Translations under genes and position numbers: made by a program
In this document: positions 1-13,944 of the stretch, in pieces
How the letters are laid out: every line of letters starts with the position of its first letter
Numbering within the stretch: position 1 is the first letter of the stretch
Notes under the pieces: generated by a model
The model's input: only the letters and a program-made list of their open reading frames with translations
The model's database searches: none
What the model was told of the DNA's origin: nothing
Assembly (NCBI GenBank): GCA_002269645.1
Contig: NIVC01002384.1
Span: forward strand, 56,523 to 120,522
Length of the DNA stretch: 64,000 nt
Direction: 5' to 3'
Source: Macrostomum lignano
Lineage: Eukaryota

Positions 1-693
<693 letters not shown>

Positions 694-1627
694 AGCAGTG
701 AGGAAAGGAGAGAATGAGGAGGCAGAGAGGCAGACAGATGGAGTCCCAGCAGCCCCGAGTCTTGTGCTGAGCCAGTTTGAAATCAATGAAATTCGAACTC
801 CCGACTCAGAGCATTCAGGTCCAAGAGCTCAGAGGGAGGCGTTCAAAAATAAACCCAAACATCTAGCTTAAAATTCGACGACATTTCAAATTTAGTCATC
901 TCAAACGTGCCGGGGATTAAAGCCTCAACACCCATGTCTAGTCTCAACTGATTCACTCACTCACTGTGAATGCGATAATTAGCCATCATCTTGCTCACAA
1001 TCACAATATATTGCAGTTTCTCAGTTTTCCATTTTTCGAGTTTCCGCCTTCTGGGACAGCGCTTCTTTCTCAAGTTAAAGCTTTTTTACAACAACACACT
1101 TCTCTCAAATCCTCCCCGCCCATCTGCCGCGGATTCCCCAGTCCTTGTTTGCAGTTTCTCCAGCAAAGCAGAGCCGCCAACCTTCCCCCCCTCAGTTCCG
1201 TTCCGCGTGACCTCTTTGCTATTCTCTCAGCGTTTGCTTTTCTGCCTTTTCTCTCCATCCACCTCCTCTGCTGCTGCTGCTCCAGACAGACTTTCTCCCT
1301 TCAGCAAAAGCCACGGGCAGAGAGGGGGGGGGGCAAAGGGAGGGCGACATGAATGCGGTCACAAAATTTTCTGCTTTGAATTACAGAGCTGCTTCTGCTG
1401 CTGCTGCTACTGCGCACCAATTTGTGAGAACTTCTGGCTGAGGCCCGGGGAGGGGGGGGTGCGGTGGGACTCTGCAGGTGTTTTACCGGCTGCATCGCAC
1501 TGGCGGAGGAAGCAGATTCAATGAAGCAGGCAATGGCTAATGGGACAGACAGGCAAATTCTAGACAGAGGCTGACAGGGCCACGGACGGCATTTCTTGTC
1601 ATTAGATCTTGACCTGATGTTTGCTGC

Positions 1628-1630
1628 CTG

Positions 1631-1703
<73 letters not shown>

Positions 1704-1706
1704 TGG

Positions 1707-1743
<37 letters not shown>

Positions 1744-1746
1744 TGG

Positions 1747-1813
<67 letters not shown>

Positions 1814-1850
1814 GTGTCTGTCTGTCTTTCTGTCTGTCTGTCTGTCTGTC
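1628..1850. repeat. (TCTG)n microsatellite
   Basis: Tetranucleotide run; it explains the spurious CLSV/RQTD ORFs. Confidence 0.97.
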
Positions 1851-4800
1851 TTTTTTCTGTTTGCTTTCTTTGCCTTTTCTTTTTTCGAACACCAAAGTCC
1901 CGAGTTCGAATTCAGTTTTCTAATTGACCTTGGAAGTTTCTAAGAAAAATGGATGACCCTACTAAAGCAAATCCAGGCAAAGTCATTGGAATGTTGCAGT
2001 CAATCGATAATCCGATAATCCGAACTCTGAAATGTCTGTACACTAAACCAATTGCCTTCTAATCAGCAGAAGCAGAACATGAGTGCAGGGGCGCAGTTAA
2101 AGAGCAGGTGGATTATTAGATTAAGCCATATGCAATTATTCTCTTGCTCTAAGCCATATTGTGGCAGTGTAGCTCTCCGTCTCTCTCTTTCTCACTACGA
2201 GTTGTGCGTTACTGCAGTTCTGAAATTGTATTGCAAGTGAGTCATGGTAACAAACCTTCACAATGAGGGTAGGATTGGGTGTAGAGAGGAGAGAGAGAGA
2301 GAGAGGGGCACAGCTGCACGCCTTCATCTACCCTCTGAATCCCTCTGCTCAAACCCGAGCCTTTTCCAGAGCTGCTGCACTGCCCGCGCCTCACCTCCGA
2401 CTCCTAATGCAGCTTGCAGCATCCCCAGCTGCATCGCGACTCAACCTCAAACCTCTTTGAATTATTAATCCTGCTGAGCCACTGGGACGCGCCCAAAGGC
2501 CGCTTCAGTTTTTCTTTCCGATTTTTTTCTTTAGGGAAGGGGGGAGGGGGTTTGGGGGACTGGGATTTGGGATGCGGGCTTCAGGCTTCATCCCCCACTG
2601 CCTTCCATCCCGTTGAGCTCAGCTAGCCAGCCTCATGCTCAAACCTTTCACACCTGTCCGTTTCCTATTGGCTCGCTGGGCCCCCCACCTGAGATCCTGG
2701 CCTCTTCCCCTCATAGCTCTCTGTCAGTTTGGTCCCATGGCCCTGCGATGCCCCTGCAGGCCGCCCGTCTCGCATCTGCCTGCCCCATCCAAGGGGGATG
2801 CGAAGCATTGGAGAGGGCTGGAATGGTTTAGGGCCGAGGGGTAGGAAGTGAGGAACGAGAAAAGGATTTGGGGAGGAGGAAGTGGGGGAGACCGACTGCT
2901 CAGGAGTGGGGGTGGGGCGGTTCTGTCGGAAGGGGATTAAGATGAGGCCGCGCCAGTCTTCCCAGCCTCTCCTCTCCGCTTCTCCCGCCTCGCTGCTCCC
3001 TGACTCTCTTCCCGACCGCCGCTTGCAGTTGCAATTCTTAGTCTTCGCTTCTCTGCTCGTTCCCCCTTCTTCTTCTCGCTCCTTCTGTGTGCGCGAGTTT
3101 GCCAAAAAAGAGTGGAGAGAGAGAGGATGGATATTTCTCTCTGCGAGAGCTGGACGAGGCTTGCTTGCTGTCCTCGCCGCGTTAACCAGCCTCCGGAGCT
3201 TCCCCATCCTCGCCTCCGTGCTCGCACAGGGTGTATACTAGCTAGAACTCCCCAGCGCACTCTGCTGTCCGCTACAACCCTGTCCAGCTCGCTTCTCCCT
3301 TTTGCCTTTCTATAGATCCCCTCCAGGAGAGTTTTATCTTCACATTGAACCGACCAACCTAGCGCGGCAGTTGCTGACTCCCTCCAGTCTCGGATGATTC
3401 CAGCCGGTAAGAGCACTTTCTATGAAGCAGACTCGGCAGCCGCAGAAATGCCGGCCTGGAAGACTAGTGATTTGTTGTCGCGAACTGCACTGTCGATGCG
3501 ACTGGAGCCAATCAATTAGCAGGCCATTGACGGGCGAATTCCATAGAACCCAGGACCATCCCGTATTGCAGAGAGATTCCAAGCTTGCTTGACTGCAACA
3601 ATGGATAATCTCCCTGACTTGATTGGGATGGTTAACTGAGAGGCTTATGGAATTGGCAATGAATTTGTCTTACTCTGCTATAAACATGACTCCGTGTTTG
3701 CATTTGATGCACCTGGCAACTGATCACAGCCTTCCACGCCGCGGGCCGTTGCGCATCACAGATTTTTTTGATTAAAATCGTTTTGTGTTTTCAAATACAC
3801 AACAACTTATTTTAGTCTGTGTGATTAACAACAGCTTGTTTAATCCAATCGCTTTGGTTTGTTTTCATTCTCTAATTTTCATGTTCAATTTCTCGAAATA
3901 TGAATGAAGACTATAAAAATTGATTAAAACAAGCAAAATAAACCTAGGATGCTCTACTTAAAGTAACAAGCCAAGTTTCGTATAGAAAAATTATCGTATT
4001 TAATTTAATTTATTTAAAACCGGAAAGTATGGTAACTAATGAAACAAATACACTTGGCCAGGTTATTTTCTCTACATATCGGCCGGCAAAAATGTGTTGA
4101 TTAATAACTGGTTAATTCGAGCATCGTACTCGGCGTCGATACTCTTCCAAGACAATATTCGACATAACTACTAGTGCAAATAAGTACTATAACGGAAATC
4201 AGACAATAGAAATTAATTATTGCAAAAAATGCTTACAAAAAATTTAAATTTTAATAAAGAAATCAGAATATATAACTGCACACTGCCGAAGTACTAGCTG
4301 TAACGCACGCGACACGGTAGTCCCGCAGTCCGTTACGCCAAAGTGGAACTTTGCTTCTATTTTTAATAATGGCGTCACAATTGAAATTTGAAAATAGTCG
4401 GCGCACACTACTACTGAATGTAGCAACGCGTGCAAAGTCCAGATTTCGATCTGTATAAATTCGAGAAGCACGTGATCCTTGTCAAGGCGAGAAAACAAAA
4501 CAAATTTATTTATAACTTGCTGATAAAAATTAAAGTGGCGGATAAGCTTTAGTTAACCTGCGCGAAGGTGCAATCGTGCGCATTAGAATTCGAATCTAAA
4601 GTGTGCTACGATTGGCATACGTTTTCAGCCATGCATACCTATTCAGACATGAAGTCATTATTAGTCTGTGTTTGCGAAGAGTGATGAAGATGCATGGCGA
4701 GCAAGCTGTGTCTAATTTTAGATCTGCGCTTAAAAAATGTGCCGTCACGACTGCTGTGGACAATAACAAAGTTTTATATTTTTTAACCCACATTTATTTT

Positions 4801-4872
4801 GCGCTAGGCGGGCAATTAGGGCTATTGAATTGAAGTATTTAATCCTGATGAGGTTGTACGGCACCGGGGAAC

Positions 4873-6560
4873 ATGAGACACCTGGGAATGAGACATCTGC
4901 GGAATGAGACAATTGGGAATTATACACCTGGGAATGAGACACCCGGGAATGAGACACCCGGGAATGAAACATCTGGGAATGAGACACCCGGGAATGAAAC
5001 ATCTGGGAATGAGACACCCGGGAATGAGACACCTGGGAATCAGACACCCAGGAATGAGACACCTGGGAATGAGACACCTGGGAATGAGACACCTGGGAAT
5101 GAGACACCTGGGAATGAGACACCTGGGAATGAGACACCTGGGAATGAGACACCTGGGAATGAGACACCTGGGAATGAGACACCTGGGAATGAGACACCTG
5201 GGAATGAGACACCTGGGAATGAGACACCTGGGAATGAGACACCTGGGAATGAGACACCTGGGAATGAGACACCTGGGAATGAGACACCTGGGAATGAGAC
5301 ACCTGGGAATGAGACACCTGGGAATGAGACACCTGGGAATGAGACACCTGGGAATGAGACACCTGGGAATGAGACACCTGGGAATGAGACACCTGGGAAT
5401 GAGACACCTGGGAATGAGACACCTGGGAATGAGACACCTGGGAATGAGACACCTGGGAATGAGACACCTGGGAATGAGACACCTGGGAATGAGACACCTG
5501 GGAATGAGACACCTGGGAATGAGACACCTGGGAATGAGACACCTGGGAATGAGACACCTGGGAATGAGACACCTGGGAATGAGACACCTGGGAATGAGAC
5601 ACCTGGGAATGAGACACCTGGGAATGAGACACCTGGGAATGAGACACCTGGGAATGAGACACCTGGGAATGAGACACCTGGGAATGAGACACCTGGGAAT
5701 GAGACACCTGGGAATGAGACACCTGGGAATGAGACACCTGGGAATGAGACACCTGGGAATGAGACACCTGGGAATGAGACACCTGGGAATGAGACACCTG
5801 GGAATGAGACACCTGGGAATGAGACACCTGGGAATGAGACACCTGGGAATGAGACACCTGGGAATGAGACACCTGGGAATGAGACACCTGGGAATGAGAC
5901 ACCTGGGAATGAGACACCTGGGAATGAGACACCTGGGAATGAGACACCTGGGAATGAGACACCTGGGAATGAGACACCTGGGAATGAGACACCTGGGAAT
6001 GAGACACCTGGGAATGAGACACCTGGGAATGAGACACACAGGGAAGGAGAGACACAGGGAAATGAGACACCGGGAGTGAGACACCAGAGAGTGAGACACC
6101 AGGGAGTGAGACACCAGGGAGTGAGACACCAGGGAGTGAGACACCAGGGAGTGAGACACCAGGGAGTGAGACACCGGGGAGTAAGACACAGTGGAGTAAT
6201 ACGCCAGGGAGTGAGACACCGGGGAGTAAGACACAGTGGAGTAATACGCCAGGGAGTGAGACACCGGGGAGTAAGACACAGTGGAGTAATACGCCAGGGA
6301 GTGAGACACCGGGGAGTAAGACACAGTGGAGTAATACGCCAGGGAGTGAGACACCGGGGAGTAAGACACAGTGGAGTAATACGCCAGGGAGTGAGACACC
6401 GGGGAGTAAGACACAGTGGAGTAATACGCCAGGGAGTGAGACAAAGGTTCTCTCACCTGGCGTATCTCACCTGACAAAGTGAGTGTAGTGAGAGAACCTG
6501 GGGAATAAGACACCAGGGAATGAGACACGAGGGATGAGACACCGGGGAATGAGAGACAGC
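4873..6560. repeat. 15-bp minisatellite (GAGACACCTGGGAAT)n grading into a 45-bp higher-order repeat
   Basis: About 78 near-perfect 15-mers to ~6040, then GAGACACCAGGGAGT variants, then about 6 copies of a 3x15-bp unit (GTAAGACACAGTGGA-GTAATACGCCAGGGA-GTGAGACACCGGGGA) from ~6180 to ~6445. Confidence 0.97.
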
Positions 6561-7069
6561 ATGTAATGAGAAATGAGGTTTGATTATATTTTTAATTTTC
6601 TCAATGCAAGCAGCAGCAGCAGCCACAGCCAGTCACTGAATCATATCTGCGAACATTGCCTTTGTTTCAGAAATCTCTCTTTAGCTAAGAGGAACCAAAA
6701 GCGATATGAAATATGAATATGAATTTGTCTTTGCTTTCCTTCCTTCCAGTCCAGGCCGCTTCTTGTGGGTGTGCAACTATGACTAACTACCTGACCTGGC
6801 GATACACGGGGTGAATCACCCCCGGTCTGTCGCATGCCCCCCCCCACCGCCAACCCCCTCTCAATCCTTACCCCCGAGACGCCTCGATAACATTTGAATC
6901 ATCAACGACGAGTTTTACTTTTGGTAATTAAAACGTATTACACGTAAATGTTATACACTTCTGAGTGAATTCGGCTTCATATTTTAATTGATAGTAACTG
7001 ATTTAATTTTTTCTACAGACTGCAGCTGATTGAACTTTAAGTAGCATATAGCGATGCTTTGACAGTAAG

Positions 7070-7570
7070 AGCGCCATTCTACCGTTTTTTGGGCGCCATT
7101 CTACTGTATTTGAGGGCGCCATTCTACTGTATTTTGGGGCGCCATTCTACTGTATTTGAGGGCGCCATTCTACTGTATTCAAGGGCGCTATTCTACTGTA
7201 TTTGAGGGCGCCATTCTACTGCATTTGAGGACGCTATTCTACCGTATTTAAGGGCGCCATTCTACTGTATTCAAGGGCGCCATTCTACTGCATTTGAGGA
7301 CGCTATTCTACCGTATTTAAGGGCGCCATTCTACTGTATTCAAGGGCGCCATTCTACTGCATTTGAGGACGCTATTCTACCGTATTTTAAGGGCGCCATT
7401 CTACTCGTACTGTATTCAAGGGCGCCATTCTACCGTATTTTGGGGCGCCATTCTACTTTTTTTGAGGGCCGTCACTCTACTCTTATTTGAGGGCACATTC
7501 TACTCATTTTGGGGGCGCTATTCTACTCATTTTGGGGGCGCCATTCTACTCATTTTGGGGGCGCCATTCT
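7070..7570. repeat. ~23-bp minisatellite (GGGCGCCATTCTACTGTATTTGA)n
   Basis: About 21 diverged tandem copies. Confidence 0.93.
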
Positions 7571-8560
7571 TCTCTATTTCGGGGGAATTTCTCTTTTTAA
7601 AAACGTAGCTATACATATACATGTATCTTTCGGCCAAAGTGGCAAGTGCTTTTACGCAGTGACAATAATAATTTAAAAATGAATGCCACTTAAAAGCTTA
7701 ATTAATAATTATTGAGAATATTGGAAGCTCGAGCATTAGTGAATGCTGAGTAGCGAGCTCGGTTCGATAATGACTCACTGCAGACTCAAGGGGGGGAGAA
7801 AGCAGCGCGGATAAGAAAGAGGTTTGTCCGCGGAATGACAAAGTCATTCACTGACTCACAGCTTATCAAGATGATGGAGGCTGGACTGTAAAAGTTATTT
7901 TCGATATCTCCATGGGCTTAGTTCCCAATTTCGTACCAAGCCCCCCCCCCCCCGAATCAGCATGTCAAATACTTCCTTATCATTTCACATTGAACCTGCA
8001 TGATAATTGTCCTACTTTGTATAGTTATTGTATAAAACTCTTCGTCGCTGATAGTAGTGTAGCTAGCAAAATTTTGCGCTTGAATTAGTTTTCAAAAAAT
8101 ATTGGCCACAATGAAATAACGAAGAAAGAAATTAATTAAATTCTTAAGGATTAACTTGTTTATTCTTTACACTTAACAATTGAAGCAAATGCAATGTTCA
8201 GTCTGTGAGCAATACACAACGCACTACTACAATGTTAATAATGCTTAATTTGTTGATTTGAGACAGTTAAAAGTCTGCTCGGGACACATTAGAATTGGAT
8301 TAATTTAATCTGTGAATTTTCTCAATCAGTAGTTACTTATATTAAAGGGCGAATGCGAGGTAGCCAGAATCCCGAATATAGAATGAATGGTTTGGTTTGC
8401 ATAGTTCTCTGTCAGTAGTAAATATAACGAACGTTTTTTTTACAGTTACAAATTGCACAGAGGCTGATTATATTTACAATAAGCATTCTACTTCTTCAAG
8501 TACGGCCGGAGAATTCTCGTAGTTTGAGTTTATCGTTTGAGTTCAGTTTGATTTTGTGCC

Positions 8561-9058
8561 CTAGGATGAGCAGGTCAGGTAGGGCAGCGCTTGGGATTCG
8601 AGGAATGACGCTTGCAGAGAGCCAAGGAGCTGTTGCTGCTGCGACTCGGTCTCATCACTGTGCACCTTTGCTTGTTTTGGCAAGGAAGGTGCCGACACAG
8701 CGATAGCAGATTGCTGCTCCTGCTGTTGCTGCTGCTGAAACTCGATACTCGAGCTGGCCCGCTTCCCTAGACTCGAGCTGGAGTTATCGGTAGCTGATAC
8801 CGGATGCTGATTGCTAACAGAAGTGGCATTAGCAGTCTCCAATCGTGCTTCAGTTAGTTGCCGGGCTCGCTGCTGCAGAATGCCGGTCCTGGCCTTGAAA
8901 ATCACGTTGGCAATAAGCAGATTCCGGCGCAGATCGATGCCTGTTCTGCGTCTGCGCGAGTCAGCAATTTTGCAAACCGACCATTGCAGAATCTTTGGGT
9001 AGGATGAAGCTTGAGAAGCAGCGGCGTCTGTGATAGAACAGTCTTGCTGTTGTTGCAT
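8561..9058 (-). CDS. Intronless immediate-early-response (IER)/SERTA-motif-like protein, 165 aa
   Basis: ATG at 9058. N-terminal KILQWSVCKIADSRRRRTGIDLRRNLLIANVIFKAR resembles the IER2/IER5/IER5L N-terminal motif (S-x2-K-I-x2-SR...G-I-x-L-x2-NLL...AR) and the SERTA motif (DLRRSVLIAN). A low-complexity Q/S-rich tail follows. Single-exon structure is typical of IER genes. Confidence 0.7.
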   Translation of the reverse strand: MQQQQDCSITDAAASQASSYPKILQWSVCKIADSRRRRTGIDLRRNLLIANVIFKARTGILQQRARQLTEARLETANATSVSNQHPVSATDNSSSSLGKRASSSIEFQQQQQQEQQSAIAVSAPSLPKQAKVHSDETESQQQQLLGSLQASFLESQALPYLTCSS

Positions 9059-9199
9059 TTTCGAGCCGATTCAAATGTGAAGTTTTGTTTGAATGACAAG
9101 CAAAGACAGGGTGCTCTACGAAGCTTAATAATAATAGACAGGGGCAAAGCAATTCGATTGCAATGCGTGACAGACAGGCCAGCGTGGCAGGGCAGAGGC

Positions 9200-9310
9200 G
9201 TTATTGGAGTGTAGACTGACTATATATGGTTCTCTTCCTTTGCTCGGGGGGAGGGGTTGAAACGGGGGTTGGAACGCGGAGTTTGGGGTGCAAACGATTT
9301 CTAATTGGCT
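9200..9310 (-). promoter_or_regulatory. Candidate core promoter of the IER-like gene
   Basis: TATATA at 9221-9227, ~165 bp upstream of the ATG, within a CArG-like CCATATATAG on the minus strand; CCAAT at ~9304-9308. Motif match only. Confidence 0.3.
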
Positions 9311-10376
9311 AGACTGGACATATGGGCACCGACAAGAATGACAGCTACAATCTAAAAATAGAACAGCGCCGACCGCCGCGACCAATGGAATTCAACCGTT
9401 TCAAGGTCGTTAGTGAAATGTGCGGGCGCGGTAAGGAGAATCCCGACTAAAACACGGGGTGTCTGTGGGGTGATAATTTCAAAGAGAAAATGAACTCGGG
9501 GGGGGGGGAATGCCCACGTGCACAAAGCAAGCACATGACATCTACTTACTCACCGGGAATTGTGTCGTCATCATGCACGCGAAACTTTAAAATTCTTTGT
9601 TTCGAAGTTTCGAAAAGGAGCTTAGTTGGTGTCGTCATCACCGCTCAACAGCTTGGCGTCCCAGGGTAGGGTTTTCAGGGGGTAAGGAAAACAGAGTTCA
9701 GATTTGAGAGGCAGTTTATAACCCTCCTCTTCCACTCCTATCCCTCCCAAACTAAATCTATACCCAAATCGCGATACAGCCAGTCATTTTATTACGCCGA
9801 AGTAAACCCCATCCATAGTTTTTACAACATGGGATACACGGGCCAGACTTTGGGAGGGGGGAATCGGTGAGACAGAAAGGTCGGTGTGGTGGTGATTCAG
9901 AGAATAACCGAAGCTCCCACTAGCTTCAGAAACTGTAGATCGAATTGCCTCGGTGTCATGATGGGACGATATGTCACCGAAGGCGTTCATATCTTAAGGT
10001 GGTCCAAATTTAAATTAAGAATAAATGCATTTAACCCACCAACCGCAGGACGTGCGAGAATACAGTTAAATTAATTATTTATTTAATTACACCAGTTATT
10101 TAGCAGCCATTCCACCCTCGCCCAGCCAGCCTGTCTGGCAGCCAAAAGCATACAAAAAAGGCGAGACAAAACAAGACGAGAAACTCAAACCGAAAATAAG
10201 AACAATTTCTATAAATGGATGTCAACGAAAAAAAAACAGAAAACTAAATAGCGTCGTATCCAAGCCGAGTAAGTGGGCAGCAGCAGAGATAGAGGGACAA
10301 AAAGGTTAGACAAACTTTTAAGAATTGCATTTTCTCAGGCCACATTTTGTCTGCAAGGCTTGCTATTTTAGAGGCT

Positions 10377-11960
10377 CCGATGCTTCAGCAGGCGCAGCAT
10401 CCATTGCCCCCTCCCCCCCGATGCTTCAGCAGGCGCAGCATCCATTGCCCCCTCCCCCCCGATGCTTCAGCAGGCGCAGCATCCATTGCCCCCTCCCCCC
10501 GATGCTTCAGCAGGCGCAGCATCCATTGCCCCCTCCCCCCCGATGCTTCAGCAGGCGCAGCATCCACTGCCCCTCCCCCCGATGCTTCAGCAGGCGCAGC
10601 ATCCATTGCCCCCTCCCCCCCCCGATGCTTCAGCAGGCGCAGCATCCATTGCCCCCTCCCCCCGATGCTTCAGCAGGCGCAGCATCCATTGCCCCTCCCC
10701 CCTGATGCTTCAGCAGGCGCAGCATCCATTGCCCCCTCCCCCCCGATGCTTCAGCAGGCGCAGCATCCATTGCCCCCTCCCCCCGATGCTTCAGCAGGCG
10801 CAGCATCCATTGCCCCCTCCCCCCCGATGCTTCAGCAGGCGCAGCATCCATTGCCCCCTCCCCCCCGATGCTTCAGCAGGCGCAGCATCCATTGCCCCCT
10901 CCCCCCGATGCTTCAGCAGGCGCAGCATCCATTGCCCCCTCCCCCCGATGCTTCAGCAGGCGCAGCATCCACTGCCCCCTCCCCCCCGATGCTTCAGCAG
11001 GCGCAGCATCCATTGCCCCCTCCCCCCCGATGCTTCAGCAGGCGCAGCATCCACTGCCCCCTCCGATGCTTCATCAGGCGCAGCATCCACTGCACAGCCC
11101 CCGATGCTTCAGCAGGCGCAGCATCCACTGCCCCCTCCGATGCTTCATCAGGCGCAGCATCCACTGCCCCCTCCGATGCTTCAGCAGGCGCAGCATCCAC
11201 TGCCTCCCCCCCGGTGCTTCAGCAGGCGCAGCATCCACTGCCCCCTCCGATGCTTCAGCAGGCGCAGCATCCACTGCCCCCTCCGATGCTTCAGCAGGCG
11301 CAGCATCCACTGCCTCCCCCCCGGTGCTTCAGCAGGCGCAGCATCCATTGCCCCCTCCCCCCCGATGCTTCAGCAGGCGCAGCATCCACTGCCCCCTCCG
11401 ATGCTTCAGCAGGCGCAGCATCCACTGCCTCCCCCCCGGTGCTTCAGCAGGCGCAGCATCCACTGCCCCCTCCGATGCTTCATCAGGCGCAGCATCCACT
11501 GCACAGCCCCCGATGCTTCAGCAGGCGCAGCATCCACTGCCCCCTCCGATGCTTCAGCAGGCGCAGCATCCACTGCCCCCTCCGATGCTTCATCAGGCGC
11601 AGCATCCACTGCACAGCCCCCGATGCTTCATCAGGCGCAGCATCCACTGCCCCCTCCGATGCTTCAGCAGGCGCAGCATCCACTGCCTCCCCCCCGGTGC
11701 TTCAGCAGGCGCAGCATCCACTGCCCCCTCCGATGCTTCATCAGGCGCAGCATCCACTGCACAGCCCCCGGTGCTTCAGCAGGCGCAGCATCCACTGCCC
11801 CCGGTGCTTCAGCAGGCGCAGCATCCACTGCCCCCTCCGATGCTTCATCAGGCGCAGCATCCACTGCACAGCCCCCGATGCTTCAGCAGGCGCAGAATCC
11901 ACTGCTCCCCCCCCCTTAATGCTTCAGCAGGCGCAGCATCCACTGCCCCCCCCCCTGATG
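10377..11960. repeat. ~35-43-bp GC-rich minisatellite (CCGATGCTTCAGCAGGCGCAGCATCCATTGCCCCCTCCCC)n
   Basis: About 40 copies with variable C-tracts; it produces the long MLQQAQHPLPPP ORFs. Confidence 0.96.
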
Positions 11961-12683
11961 CCTCATTAGACCACACCAATGTCCTTCAGGAGTCGGCAGA
12001 GGACTCAACTCAATCTGCAAGCAGCTCCCATAAGCTCAGTCAAATCTCACCCATTCACTCCGCAGGCAGCCGGCTAAATATGGAACGGGATTTCTTCCCT
12101 AAGGCTCCTATCAAGTGCAGCGGCTCCCTTGTGTTGAACTCTAGCAAGTCCGCAACTGCAAAGAGAAGAGGCGAACAGGAGACGCGCGCTGGGGTTGGGC
12201 AAGGACAGGACCAGGGAAACGGAAAAGTTTTATTTGGAGAGGAGTAAAAATGGCGGAGGCGGGGAGGCTGGGGTGGCTGCCTCTGTTCCCGGGCGAGAAT
12301 GCGGAGGCGGTCACCGGAGGGGAGGCAGAGCCAGCAGTGCGTGGGCGTGGATTCGGGACTTCTGCCTGCTCTGCCCCTCCCCCTCTTTATAGATTTCGCC
12401 CTCACTCGTCTCCAACCGGTTTTATTGTGGAGGGGGGACAAACCGGGACAGCTCGGCCATTGACTCTCCCTTCCTTCCAGTCCTTGTCCTTGCCTGGCCT
12501 TTCAAACTCAAAAGGTTCCACAATATCGAGGCGTACTTTAGTACCAACCCGTCAACGACTGCAGAGTTTCACTCTGCGATACACCGCCCCCAGTGTCAAT
12601 TCTTCCCCATCATCTGCACTGGGAGTCTTACTAAACTTCCTTTCAGTATGAAAAGAGTGTTATATACTATAGCGCTGAGCAAG

Positions 12684-13160
12684 AAATACATGCAGAACTT
12701 GGCACAGTCTGACACATAATCTAAGGTAGAAACACATGCAGAATTGGCACAGTCTGACACAATCTAAGGTAGAAACACATGCAGACTTGACGCAGTCTGA
12801 CACAATCTAAGGTAGAAACACATGCAGACTTGGCACAGTCTGACACAATCTAAGGTAGAAACACATGCAGACTTGGCACAGTCTGACACAATCTAAGGTA
12901 GAAACACATGCAGACTTGGCACAGTCTGACACAATCTAAGGTAGAAACACATGCAGACTTGGCACAGTCTGACACAATCTAAGGTAGAAACACATGCAGA
13001 CTTGACGCAGTCTGACACAATCTAAGGTAGAAACACATGCAGACTTGGCACAGTCTGACACAATCTAAGGTAGAAACACATGCAGACTTGGCACAGTCTG
13101 ACACAATACAAAACTATCGCAGTCTGACACAATACACAACTTGGCGCAGTCTGACACAAT
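12684..13160. repeat. 43-bp minisatellite (CACAATCTAAGGTAGAAACACATGCAGACTTGGCACAGTCTGA)n
   Basis: CTAAGG recurs every 43 bp (12721, 12764, 12807...); about 10 copies plus a decayed tail. Confidence 0.95.
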
Positions 13161-13944
13161 ACAAGTTAGAAACACACAGTAAAAAGTGCCTGCCAGATAT
13201 TATAGAAAGGAAGCGTGGAAATGTGATGCAATATCTGGAACGACACGCACATTCAAAGCAGATTTTAATGGCGAAACCTGATAAAACTGATCTTTCGCAT
13301 CCTTTTTTTGTCAGGGCACTTTAATAGATAACAGAAAAGATGAGTCAGAGCCAAAAATGGCAAAGCAAAAATATATGAAATTCAGCTTGAATTAGCATAT
13401 AGTACCTAGTTTTGCACCGAGCACACACACGGGATAAACCCTGGACCTGAAAGAGAAAAAGAAACGGTTTCATTTGGCTGACCCGAAAGTGCAGGAAAAT
13501 GCGAGACAGCTGTGGGCTGATTTAAAAATAGCACGTATTTCTTGCTGATTGTGTAGTCTAAGTGGTCATGCCTAATTATAGAATTTCTAGCCTTATTATT
13601 GCAGAGTGCACGAACTGAATGTTGTTGTGATTGAAAAGTAGATATTGTAATAAAAAACATACGCAGACAAGCCATGTGAAACTCGGGTTAAAAATCCTTT
13701 CATGAAAACCAAGACACTGTGGAGATTGCATGCAGTTACACACAGAACTGATCCGCTCGAACAAGCTAATTTGTCACTGTCCAACTTAAAGCAACATGTA
13801 CTGCGCAGCAGAGACTATGATTTAATGCCTATTTTGTTAAACAAAATTTTGTTTCAAACCCCGAATGCAACTTTACTCAGAGTTGGAAAAATGAAAAGTA
13901 CATGTAAAAACAAGACAAATTAAATGTTCGCACTGGAGTGACAC

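Noticed and set aside
3388-3406. Possible micro-exon ccctccag|TCTCGGATGATTCCAGCCG|gtaaga with an ATG
   Set aside because: The splice signals are plausible, but I could not link it to any downstream exon or recognisable protein.
966-3582. Multiple 60-180-aa ORFs in the CT/GA-rich region
   Set aside because: Low complexity, overlapping in many frames, and no recognisable motifs.
4745-6528. Long ORFs (VSHSQ, CLIPR, GNETP, MRHLG repeats), including a 533-aa ATG ORF rich in NET sequons
   Set aside because: All are open only because the 15-bp unit lacks stops in those frames; there is no signal peptide or unique domain.
10325-12247. Pro/Gln-rich ORFs of 459-540 aa
   Set aside because: They are translations of the GC-rich minisatellite, open in all three plus-strand frames.
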